From the NCBI GenBank assembly GCA_037445065.1, contig JBBILD010000001.1:32001-96000 (forward strand): a stretch of 64,000 nucleotides of DNA. Direction: 5' to 3'. Of this stretch, positions 56,182 through 64,000 are shown one piece after another (the first letter of the stretch is position 1; the number at the start of each line of letters is the position of its first letter). The stretch comes from Myxococcales bacterium. GTDB taxonomy: Bacteria > Desulfobacterota > Binatia > HRBIN30. Made by a program: the position numbers and the translations under genes. The notes beneath the pieces are model-generated. The model was not told where the DNA came from, ran no database searches, and saw only the letters and a program-made list of their open reading frames with translations.

Positions 56182-56549
56182 TAGCGGAAGTCGGAGTCGC
56201 CGTTATTCTGGTCTTTTTCGGGGCAGGGGCCTCTGCGGGCGAGGAGGGGAAGTATCGCACTCGCCTCCTCGCCCGTGAGTTCCTCGAGCACCAACAGCAA
56301 CTTGGTTTGGACCAGTCGCAGGTAGAACGACTCGAGGCGCTCGCTCAACGGTGGGAAGCGACCCACCGGGCACTGGCGCCGCGGGCATCGAAGGACGGGT
56401 ATGCGAGCGTACAAGAAAAGGCGGACGCCTTATTCGTTTGGAAGGAGCTGAGCAGCCAGCGCGTTCTCGTTGACCGAGACGCATTGTTCGTGCTCTCCCC
56501 CGAGCAGCGCCAGAGGTGGCGGGGGCTTCATTCGCAAAAAACCCCATGA
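56178..56549 (+). CDS. Spy/CpxP-like periplasmic helical protein
   Basis: Signal-like N-terminus; LGLDQSQ and VLSPEQR (LTxxQ-like) motifs; start overlaps the upstream stop. Confidence 0.55.
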   Translation: MIAEVGVAVILVFFGAGASAGEEGKYRTRLLAREFLEHQQQLGLDQSQVERLEALAQRWEATHRALAPRASKDGYASVQEKADALFVWKELSSQRVLVDRDALFVLSPEQRQRWRGLHSQKTP

Positions 56550-56665
56550 GCCCTCGGCCGTGATAAAGGCAACAAAAGGCATTCGCTGTCCACACAAAAC
56601 ATTCTTTCTCGTATTGCGCCATCCCGTATTTTGGGGCAACTTTTCGCCGACGAGCGAGGAACTGC

Positions 56666-58120
56666 ATGGATCGGCGCAGAAAGAAACCTGTGGGCGTACG
56701 GGGTGTCACCCGTCGAAGGGCATTGCAGCAAATCGGCGCGGCCGCCGGCGCGCTTTCGCTCTCCCCCCTGTGGATGGGCTGCGGCGACGATGGAGAGAAA
56801 GGGTTGTTCGACCAACCTCCTTTGACGCCTCAAGAGTTGCGCGTCGACACGGTTGTGCTGGTCATGATGGAGAACCGAACCTTCGACCATTTTCTGGGCT
56901 CGTTGTCGCTGCACGAGGGAAGGTCGGTGGACGGCCTGCGAGCCGAGTTCTGGAACCCACGCCCTGACGGAAGTCGCGTACCGGTGTTCCCGTTGGGACC
57001 TCGGTGTGTTGCTGATCCTCCACATGGCTGGGAGGCAAGCTTCCGCCAGGTCAACGACGGCCGCATGGACGGCTTTGTGCGCGAGCACTCCGCGGAGGTG
57101 GGTGCGGAACATGGGGATGAGGTCATGGGATACTACCAGCGTGCCCAGTTGCCCATTTACTACGCGCTGGCTGATGAGTTCGTGCTCTGCGAACGCTGGT
57201 TTTGCTCGGTGCGCGGCCCGACATGGCCGAACCGGATGTACTTGCATGCGGCGCAGTCCGATGGCCGCAAGGACAATAGTTTTCCTGGGCCGGCGGGTTT
57301 TCGCTTTGCCACGATTTACGACGTACTCAACGCTGTCGGGATCGAGTGGAAGTACTACTTTCTTGACTTGCCGTTCTTAGCCCTCTGGGGGAGCCTGCGC
57401 ACCCAATCGCAACGCTTGCGCCCGCTCGAAGAATTCTTCGAAGATGCTCGCTCCGGTCGGCTACCACCCGTGACAATCGTGGAGCCGGGGTTCACGCTGA
57501 ACGACGACCATCCTCCGCACGACATCCAATTGGGGCAGGCGTTCATTGCGGCGGTTCTTCGAACCTTAGGAACTAGTCCTCACTGGCCCCGCTGCCTCTT
57601 CATCCTCACGTACGATGAACACGGCGGTTTCTTTGACCACGTACCACCACCGACTGTACCGGACGAGCGCTCTGACCAAGGTTTCGGTGCCTTGGGCCCG
57701 CGTGTCCCAAGTTTTCTCGTATCCCCGTGGGCCAAGCGCGGGTTCGTGAGCCCTACGGTATATGAACACAGCTCGTTTCCCGCTTTCCTTGAGTTTCTCT
57801 TTGGTCTGGAACCTTTGACCATGCGGGACGCTCAAGCGAACATCTTTTTGGACGCTTTTGACCGAGATCGCCTGCTGCGCAACGACCCGCGCTCTTTCCC
57901 GGCCTTGCCCCAGCTTGTCGTGGACGAGGAGCCTGCGCCGGAGTGCGTCGCCCTCGGGGCACCCTCGGGACAAGCGGCCATTCAGGATATCGAACGCTGG
58001 GCAGATACCGGCGCCTTGGAGCGCGAGCTCGACCGGCGAAAGTACGCGCGAGAAACCCTTACCTATATCAACCGGCAGTTGGTGCGCTCCGGCTGGGCAC
58101 GCTGGCGGCACAGCAGTTGA
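56666..58120 (+). CDS. Tat-exported phosphoesterase (phospholipase C/acid phosphatase AcpA family)
   Basis: TRRRAL Tat motif plus MGC lipobox-like; MMENRTFDH, PTWPNR, DDHPP, YDEHGGFFDHV, GPRVP. Confidence 0.92.
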   Translation: MDRRRKKPVGVRGVTRRRALQQIGAAAGALSLSPLWMGCGDDGEKGLFDQPPLTPQELRVDTVVLVMMENRTFDHFLGSLSLHEGRSVDGLRAEFWNPRPDGSRVPVFPLGPRCVADPPHGWEASFRQVNDGRMDGFVREHSAEVGAEHGDEVMGYYQRAQLPIYYALADEFVLCERWFCSVRGPTWPNRMYLHAAQSDGRKDNSFPGPAGFRFATIYDVLNAVGIEWKYYFLDLPFLALWGSLRTQSQRLRPLEEFFEDARSGRLPPVTIVEPGFTLNDDHPPHDIQLGQAFIAAVLRTLGTSPHWPRCLFILTYDEHGGFFDHVPPPTVPDERSDQGFGALGPRVPSFLVSPWAKRGFVSPTVYEHSSFPAFLEFLFGLEPLTMRDAQANIFLDAFDRDRLLRNDPRSFPALPQLVVDEEPAPECVALGAPSGQAAIQDIERWADTGALERELDRRKYARETLTYINRQLVRSGWARWRHSS

Positions 58121-58241
58121 CAATGCTCGTGCTGTGCCCCGAGTTTCGCCTCTGTCCGTCTTCCTGACGTTTTCCCCCATGTCGGCAAGCAGCTGACGCG
58201 AGACGCTCCACTCGTGGAAGTCCGGCCCCTTTACGAGCGGT

Positions 58242-58286
58242 TGGCACCCGGATCGCTCTTCGTGTCCTCCCGACGGAGGACACGAA
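58242..58286 (+). promoter_or_regulatory. sigma54-like promoter (TGGCACCCGGATCGC) plus a 12-bp hairpin sequestering the RBS
   Basis: GG-N10-GC at 58243-58256; TTCGTGTCCTCC-CGAC-GGAGGACACGAA directly before ATG 58287. Confidence 0.6.
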
Positions 58287-60317
58287 ATGTTGAAGAAAAA
58301 AATTTGGTGGCTTGCTGGTTGGCTGGCTGGGTGGGCTGCCCTAGCACATGCCACCACAATGATCGTGGCTGATGAACAGAAATTAGCCTCGGCGGCTGAT
58401 CTCGTGGTGGTGGGACGGGTGGAGTCAACAGCGCCAGTGCCAGATGCCGCTCGGGGCGGAGGCGTGCAAACCAACACGGTGCTGACCATCCGTGAGATAT
58501 GGAAAGGGCACGCTGAAAGGGGGACAATCGTGATTTCCGAGCAGGGTGGCGATCTGGGCGAAATCTCGGAGCGCTATTTCGGAGTGCCGGAATACCGAAG
58601 TGGGGAGGTAGTCTTGGGCTTCCTGACGCGCCGCGTCGGTGGGGGCTGGCAAACCCTGGGCATGGCGATGGGCAAATTTTCCGTAGTCGAGGGATCTGCT
58701 GGAAGTTTGGCAATTCGAGACCTCGGTGCAGGAACGGATGCGCTGGAATGGGACGGCGCGACCCTCCGCAGGGTTCCGGGTCGGGCGGTCTATCGCCTCG
58801 AGGATTTGCGGCAATCTGTGCAAGGCACCCTGCAGAAACGCATGGGTCCCAGGGCGGAGCCCCTCGAAACTGAAGACGTAGACGACCTGGAACAATACGT
58901 TGCGCCCTTTGGGCTTATGGGGAGCCCCGGTCGCTGGTTCGAGGTGGACGAAGGAGCACCAGTTGGCTTTTGGGTAGACGCAAACGGCGACTCGGGCCTC
59001 GGTTTTGCCGCCACCAGCCGAGCCGTCGATCGCGCGATGGCGGCTTGGTCGAATGTTCCGACGGCAAAAATCCAACTACAGAACTTGGGCGCCAGAGAAC
59101 CAGCACCGCCAGATTGCAGGGGGCCAAGCCAAGTCTTGTTCAACGACCCGACAAACTCGATTAGTGACCCGTTCTTTTGTTCCGGCGTTCTCGCCCTCGG
59201 TGGGTACTGCACCACTTCGGAAGAAATGGTGGTCAACGGAGTCAACTTTCGGCGCATCACCGTAGGCAAGGTTGTCTTTAACAACGGGTGGGAGGTCTGC
59301 CCGTTCTGGAACGAGTGCAATGTGGCGGAAGTTGTCACGCACGAACTCGGCCATGCGATCGGGATCGGGCACTCGGAGAACTCCCGCGCAACGATGTTCG
59401 CATATGCCCACTTCGACGGTCGCTGCGCTTCGCTGCGCGCGGATGACGTGGCCGCGGTAAGCTTCATCTATCCGGCTTCAGAGTCCATGCACGACGTCGT
59501 GCTCGAAACCCCGCGGCCGGTCAGAGCCGTGATTCGGGCCGGTTCGCCCGAGGCAGTGGTGCCGGTAAGCGTCACTGTGCGCCATGCCGATTGGTGGGGA
59601 GGAGGCGCCTGGATCCGCTTGCAAGCCGAGGATGGCTCCTGCCCTGCCGGTACAGTTGAGAAAGTGGATTTTGGGGCCTTCTCGGAAGGGGATCGCGTCT
59701 ACGTGCCTCCGGCAGGCGAGGCAAAAGGGGTGCTATCTCTACACTTGCGCAGCGACGCGTTTACTTCTCGCGATCCCAAGGCTCCAGCTCGCTGCGTTGT
59801 AGAACTCAGCGCCTCGGCCGAGGAAGCGGGGAATATGGACCCGTATCCCGGAAATGAGCGAGCCGCGGTCATCGTAGATGTGACCGACAAGAACGACTTA
59901 AACTCCAAATTGAAACCTGTGCAAGTCGCCTTGCGAACGGTCAAGCCGGTTTTCATGCGCATCCCGTTGGGCAGAACCGAGGCGCTGAAAAGGGTCAACG
60001 TGCCTGTCCGATCGGCTGCGGCGGTGCAAACCGTCTCGGTTCGAGTCGAAACCTCCGATTGTCCGAGCGGTATCATTACCGGCGTTGTCTTACCCCGCTC
60101 GGTCGCTCCATTTACAGATGTAGCGATGGGAGCAAACTCCACACGAACCGCGCAGGTCTTACTGCGAGCCGACCGCTCACTGTGGACATCCCTATTCGCG
60201 GGGTCTCCCGCCCGCTGCTCCGCAATGCTCGTCGTCGAAAGCGATCTTACCGACCCAGACTTGAGCAATAATGTGCTTCCACTTCTGATTGATGTTCAAG
60301 ACGACAACGACATCTAG
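58287..60317 (+). CDS. Secreted metzincin (matrixin/M10-like) metallopeptidase with two C-terminal repeat domains
   Basis: Signal peptide; HELGHAIGIGH zinc motif; Met-turn ATM. Confidence 0.9.
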   Translation: MLKKKIWWLAGWLAGWAALAHATTMIVADEQKLASAADLVVVGRVESTAPVPDAARGGGVQTNTVLTIREIWKGHAERGTIVISEQGGDLGEISERYFGVPEYRSGEVVLGFLTRRVGGGWQTLGMAMGKFSVVEGSAGSLAIRDLGAGTDALEWDGATLRRVPGRAVYRLEDLRQSVQGTLQKRMGPRAEPLETEDVDDLEQYVAPFGLMGSPGRWFEVDEGAPVGFWVDANGDSGLGFAATSRAVDRAMAAWSNVPTAKIQLQNLGAREPAPPDCRGPSQVLFNDPTNSISDPFFCSGVLALGGYCTTSEEMVVNGVNFRRITVGKVVFNNGWEVCPFWNECNVAEVVTHELGHAIGIGHSENSRATMFAYAHFDGRCASLRADDVAAVSFIYPASESMHDVVLETPRPVRAVIRAGSPEAVVPVSVTVRHADWWGGGAWIRLQAEDGSCPAGTVEKVDFGAFSEGDRVYVPPAGEAKGVLSLHLRSDAFTSRDPKAPARCVVELSASAEEAGNMDPYPGNERAAVIVDVTDKNDLNSKLKPVQVALRTVKPVFMRIPLGRTEALKRVNVPVRSAAAVQTVSVRVETSDCPSGIITGVVLPRSVAPFTDVAMGANSTRTAQVLLRADRSLWTSLFAGSPARCSAMLVVESDLTDPDLSNNVLPLLIDVQDDNDI

Positions 60318-60412
60318 TAAGCAGGGACTTGGGTGTCGGTGCCGCGGGCTGTCGCTTTTCTTCGAAGCGAGGGAACTGCCCGCAAACCCGCAGCCAACAA
60401 GCGGCCCGGCGC

Positions 60413-62641
60413 TCAGGCTGGGAGCTGCTCTCTCTGTAAAGAAAAAGGCCGCAAGGGTAACTGGACGACAAATGTGGAACCGCGACCGAGTTCACTATCT
60501 ACCATAATCTGCCCACCCATGGCTTCGACCATGCGGCGCACAATGTATAACCCTAACCCCACCCCGGACTGTGATTGCCCGCCGGCAGCGCGTCCCTGGC
60601 GGAAAGGCTCGAAGATCATCGGCTGTTCCTCCGCTGGAATACCCACCCCGGTGTCCTCGACGATGATCTGAACGCTGTCGTCGCTCCTAGCAGCGCTGAC
60701 TCGCACCCAGCCGCTCGCAGTGAACTTCACCGCATTCGATACGAGGTTTTTGACTACCACTTTTAGTTTGCTCGGATCGGTTTCGATCTCAGGGCCTTGC
60801 GGCGGCAACAGACACCATAGATCCACTGCTTTTTCACGCCACTGCTGACGGACCTCGCGCACGGCGCTCGCGACCACTTCAGTTAGGGAGATCCTGCGCA
60901 CGTCTAGTGGTAGGCGGCCACTTTCCAGACGCGTGAGGTCGAGGATGCCGTTGACCATGTCGAGAAGCTGCAAAGCATTCGCGTGTAGGCGAGCCAGCGC
61001 TTCCGCTTGTTCCGCATTGATTCGCCCGAGGACTTCTTCCTGGAGGAGAGCAGTATAGCCGATGATGACATTCAGCGGGGTGCGTAGTTCGTGAGACATG
61101 GTAGCCATGAATTCCGACTTCAGACGGCTCGCTTGCTCTAGCTCCTCCATCACTCGCGCGTTTTCGAGAGCCAGAGAAGCAAGTTGTGAGAGTCCACGAG
61201 CGATCCGCTCCTGGGAGGGATGCAATGGAAAGTCCCCCTCGAGCAAGCCTACGATCAAAGCGCCCGACACTTGTTCGCCTCGCCGCAAGGGGATGACCAG
61301 CGCGCCGGAAAAGCCGGCAGCCAGAGCAAGCAAGAATTGCGGAACCATTGTCTGGGCCGCGCGATGATCGAGTTGGATGAGTTCCTTTTGTTGGATACGC
61401 TGCGCTAGGCTGCTGACCATCGTCGGGGGAACGCGGACAATCCGCAGTGTATCCCAAACTTCGTCGGAGAAATTGTAATTCCCGACCGGATGAGCGTCGT
61501 TCCGCTGGGGGTCGATCAACCAAAGTTGAGCCCACTTCCCACCCAATGCATTTGTGGCTGCCGCGCAAAGCCGCTCCGCCAAGTCCTGCTTACTGAGCGA
61601 GGCGATAATTTCTTCAGCGGCCGCCGACAGGGCGGCGGCCACGTACGCTTCCTCGGCAAGCTGGCGCTGGAATTTTCGCTGTTCCGTAATGTCCGTTGCG
61701 ACGCCCAGCACTTGGGCTACCGAACCATCCTCCGCCAGTAGCGGGCGCTTGATCGTTCGCAGCCAGCGCTCTCTTCCTTGAGCATCGGTGATCTTTTCTT
61801 CCTCGATTTGCTGCTCTTGGGCGGTTTCGAACACCCGCAAGTCGATCGCTCGAAAGAAAGCGACTTCTTCGGCGTGGGGGTTGAAATCGGCGTCTGTCCT
61901 CCCGATTAAATCCTCGACGGTGGTCCCATAGACCTCCGCAACCGCCTGATTGACCAAGGTAAAGTGACCGTCCCGGTCCTTTGCGAAGACGAGATGCGGG
62001 TCGGTATCGATGACCTGCCGTAGGAACCGCCGCTGGGTCTCGATCTGGCGCTCGTGCTCGAGCCGGCGGCCAGCCTCGATCCGTGCTTCTGCCCGGGAGC
62101 GTTCCAATTGATAGGCGATGTAAACCGAGGCGCCGACGACGACCAGAACACCCAGAAACTCGCGTAGGCGTAACGGAGAAAAGTGACCCTCGCTGAGTAC
62201 GATCGTGACAAGGTAAAGGGGCAGCAGGATCGCTCCGAGAGCCAATTGGGGGAGACAGCCCCAGGGCAGCAGAGCAGCGCTGCCCATGGCAAGCGCAACG
62301 AACACGAAGGAAGCGCTATTGGCATCCCCGGTGACGACGGATACGGCCGAGGCGGTGGCAGCCGCGGCGGTCAAACCCAGCAAACCGTTGATCGTGTGTC
62401 CCCTGCGGCTGTGGACACGATACGAAGCGATCAATAGAAGCAGCAAAAATCCGAGCGCGATGCAATGAACCGCACTCACCACCGGATTCTCACCTGGCCG
62501 TGCCACCAGCTCAGCGACGGCGAATGCGGCCAGACAGCCAGTCAGCAGCCAGCCAGCCACGCGCACTCGCGCCTGGAGTTCCGCATCCCGTCTTTCCCCC
62601 GGCTGCCCGTTGCTGCCGCCCTTAGGCCGAGCAGAATCCAT
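60413..62641 (-). CDS. Membrane PAS/GAF sensor histidine kinase (orphan)
   Basis: TM region, PAS (KDRDG.F.LVN...DITE), GAF-like segment, SHELRTPL, NLVSNAVKFT, DTGVGI, GVGLGL; start estimated. Confidence 0.93.
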   Translation of the reverse strand: MDSARPKGGSNGQPGERRDAELQARVRVAGWLLTGCLAAFAVAELVARPGENPVVSAVHCIALGFLLLLLIASYRVHSRRGHTINGLLGLTAAAATASAVSVVTGDANSASFVFVALAMGSAALLPWGCLPQLALGAILLPLYLVTIVLSEGHFSPLRLREFLGVLVVVGASVYIAYQLERSRAEARIEAGRRLEHERQIETQRRFLRQVIDTDPHLVFAKDRDGHFTLVNQAVAEVYGTTVEDLIGRTDADFNPHAEEVAFFRAIDLRVFETAQEQQIEEEKITDAQGRERWLRTIKRPLLAEDGSVAQVLGVATDITEQRKFQRQLAEEAYVAAALSAAAEEIIASLSKQDLAERLCAAATNALGGKWAQLWLIDPQRNDAHPVGNYNFSDEVWDTLRIVRVPPTMVSSLAQRIQQKELIQLDHRAAQTMVPQFLLALAAGFSGALVIPLRRGEQVSGALIVGLLEGDFPLHPSQERIARGLSQLASLALENARVMEELEQASRLKSEFMATMSHELRTPLNVIIGYTALLQEEVLGRINAEQAEALARLHANALQLLDMVNGILDLTRLESGRLPLDVRRISLTEVVASAVREVRQQWREKAVDLWCLLPPQGPEIETDPSKLKVVVKNLVSNAVKFTASGWVRVSAARSDDSVQIIVEDTGVGIPAEEQPMIFEPFRQGRAAGGQSQSGVGLGLYIVRRMVEAMGGQIMVDSELGRGSTFVVQLPLRPFSLQREQLPA

Positions 62642-62789
62642 ACGCAAAGAAGTTGCTATGTGATCCACCGCGCACAGGCAAGAAAAAACTGCTCCGAGGA
62701 GCCCGACCGCGGCCATGCCAGAGGCCGCACGTTCTTGCCCAGCGCTGTGTCGGATTGCACCACCAGAACCAATGTACTTTAGTGCCGCT

Positions 62790-63563
62790 ATGGTTGGTCA
62801 ACGCACAGTTCTGCTGCACGGAGTGCTGTTTGCGGTAACGCTAGCGGGTTGCGTAGGGCGTTACGTTCGGCTGGACCAGAAGGGCATGACTTGTGTCGAG
62901 GCCCACCAAATCGCGCTCGCTACGGTGCAACGCCTCGGTTACGCGGTGGTCGATTCCACTAGACCCGCCCCTGGGTCGCCTGGGTTGGTAACTGGAAGCC
63001 GGGGCGAAGGCTCACAGGTACGCAAGGTATTGGTCCAGGTGTTTTGCACAGAGATGGGCGCCCAGGTGGAAGCACGGACGGAAGGAGAAGGGTTGCCGGA
63101 CCTCTCTTTTGCCAACGAGTTCCAGAAAGGCTTTGCCGCGCTCGCGGCCCAACGCCCTCGACCGCGAGAGTTGGCGAGTCAGGGGATTGACGTGGCTGTG
63201 CATCCCGAGCGAGCCAGCGCCAGTGAGTTAGGAGTGGATGTATCGCTTCTCGGCGTGGTACCCGTGAGTGTAAGAATCGCGAATCACACCACCCGTTCAT
63301 ACCGTTTGCTCGTGAACCGAATTCTTCTCCAGGATGACCGTGGCGGCCGAACGCCTCCGTTACCGGCCAGTGAGGTTTTGACAAAACTTTCGGAGGAGCA
63401 GCGTTCAGCCGTGGCGCCCCGCCTCCTCCGCGACCGAGTGGTGCGGCCAGGAGAACTGGTGGAGGGTTACCTGTTCTTTCCCTTCGCAGCGTATTCTCGA
63501 GCCCGAGTGAGCTTACAGGATATGGAGAGCGAGGAGCTAGAAGGCTTTACGATCGAGTTTTGA
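62790..63563 (+). CDS. Hypothetical lipoprotein
   Basis: Lipobox LAGC; C-terminal PGELVEGYLFF Ig-like segment. Confidence 0.75.
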   Translation: MVGQRTVLLHGVLFAVTLAGCVGRYVRLDQKGMTCVEAHQIALATVQRLGYAVVDSTRPAPGSPGLVTGSRGEGSQVRKVLVQVFCTEMGAQVEARTEGEGLPDLSFANEFQKGFAALAAQRPRPRELASQGIDVAVHPERASASELGVDVSLLGVVPVSVRIANHTTRSYRLLVNRILLQDDRGGRTPPLPASEVLTKLSEEQRSAVAPRLLRDRVVRPGELVEGYLFFPFAAYSRARVSLQDMESEELEGFTIEF

Positions 63564-64000
63564 CCCCCAGGTCCGAAGGCAGTTCGCTGTGGGGTAAAGC
63601 CCTCGCCATGGCGGATAAAAGCTCATCAGGGCCGACGTAACCGACAAAGCGCGCCACTTCGGTTCCTTCGCCATTCAGGACAATCAGCGTCGGTACACCG
63701 CGGACACCAAACCGCGTGGTCAGTGTCTCCGTCTGCTGATTCTCAAGGGTGAGGTCGGCGCGCAACATCGAGAATTGACTGGCGAGTTCAATCACTCTGG
63801 AGTCAGCAAACGTTGTCGCATCCATCTCATGGCAGGGAATGCACCAATCAGCGACAAAATCGAGAACAACGGGGCGCCGTAACTCCGTGGCCCTGGAGAG
63901 TGCCTCCTCAGAGAACGGTGTCCACCCGATTTCGCTTCGCGCCGGGAAGGGGACGGCAAACCAGAGGGCTGCTGCCACAGCGGCCAGGCCACCCAGTTGC
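63547..64000 (-). CDS. C-terminal thioredoxin domain of a DsbD-like protein-disulfide reductase; 5' part lies outside the window
   Basis: PVVLDFVADWCIPCHEMD..TF, ADLT, GVPT; preceded by a TM helix; frame open to the window end. Confidence 0.8.
   Translation of the reverse strand, partial: QLGGLAAVAAALWFAVPFPARSEIGWTPFSEEALSRATELRRPVVLDFVADWCIPCHEMDATTFADSRVIELASQFSMLRADLTLENQQTETLTTRFGVRGVPTLIVLNGEGTEVARFVGYVGPDELLSAMARALPHSELPSDLGVKTRS

Noticed and set aside
53226..56549. Calling the cluster a canonical sox, mau or mbn operon
   Set aside because: No soxYZ, mauAB or mbnP-like genes, and the phosphoesterase lacks the 5'-nucleotidase C-terminal domain of SoxB.

Overview
A GC-rich (about 60% by eye), gene-dense bacterial chromosomal window with about 57 CDS and two tRNAs (Phe-GAA and Val-CAC, neither with an encoded CCA). 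I found no mobile element, prophage or CRISPR array. Lipoproteins, Tat substrates, c-type cytochromes, a LolB-like protein and a DsbD-like protein indicate a diderm. The gene content resembles a deltaproteobacteria-like lineage such as Binatota, but that is an inference only. Most genes are scattered housekeeping or lipid functions (nth, RluA family, plsB, plsC, ctaA-ctaB-sco, glgP, pcm, iaaA, menA-like, P450, SCP2). The best candidate for an undescribed system is at 47.8-56.5 kb: an ECF sigma with an ECF-type promoter, a ZAS anti-sigma ending in CxxCH, a MauG/MbnH-type Tyr-ligated diheme enzyme, a Tat metallophosphoesterase with a WPW motif, a SoxA/TsdA-like Cys-bearing cytochrome and a Spy-like protein. 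These lie back to back with a large beta-propeller/diheme surface protein. Other oddities are a PLP aminotransferase fused to a MurF-like ATPase domain in a pfkB-dprE1-dprE2-phosphatase operon, a circularly permuted nucleotide-pyrophosphatase fold, and a 56-aa zinc-ribbon microprotein (missing from the ORF track) paired with a divergent DksA/TraR-like protein. There is also an RBS-sequestering hairpin overlapping a sigma54-type promoter. All calls come from reading motifs by eye; no searches were run, and many start codons are my best estimates.
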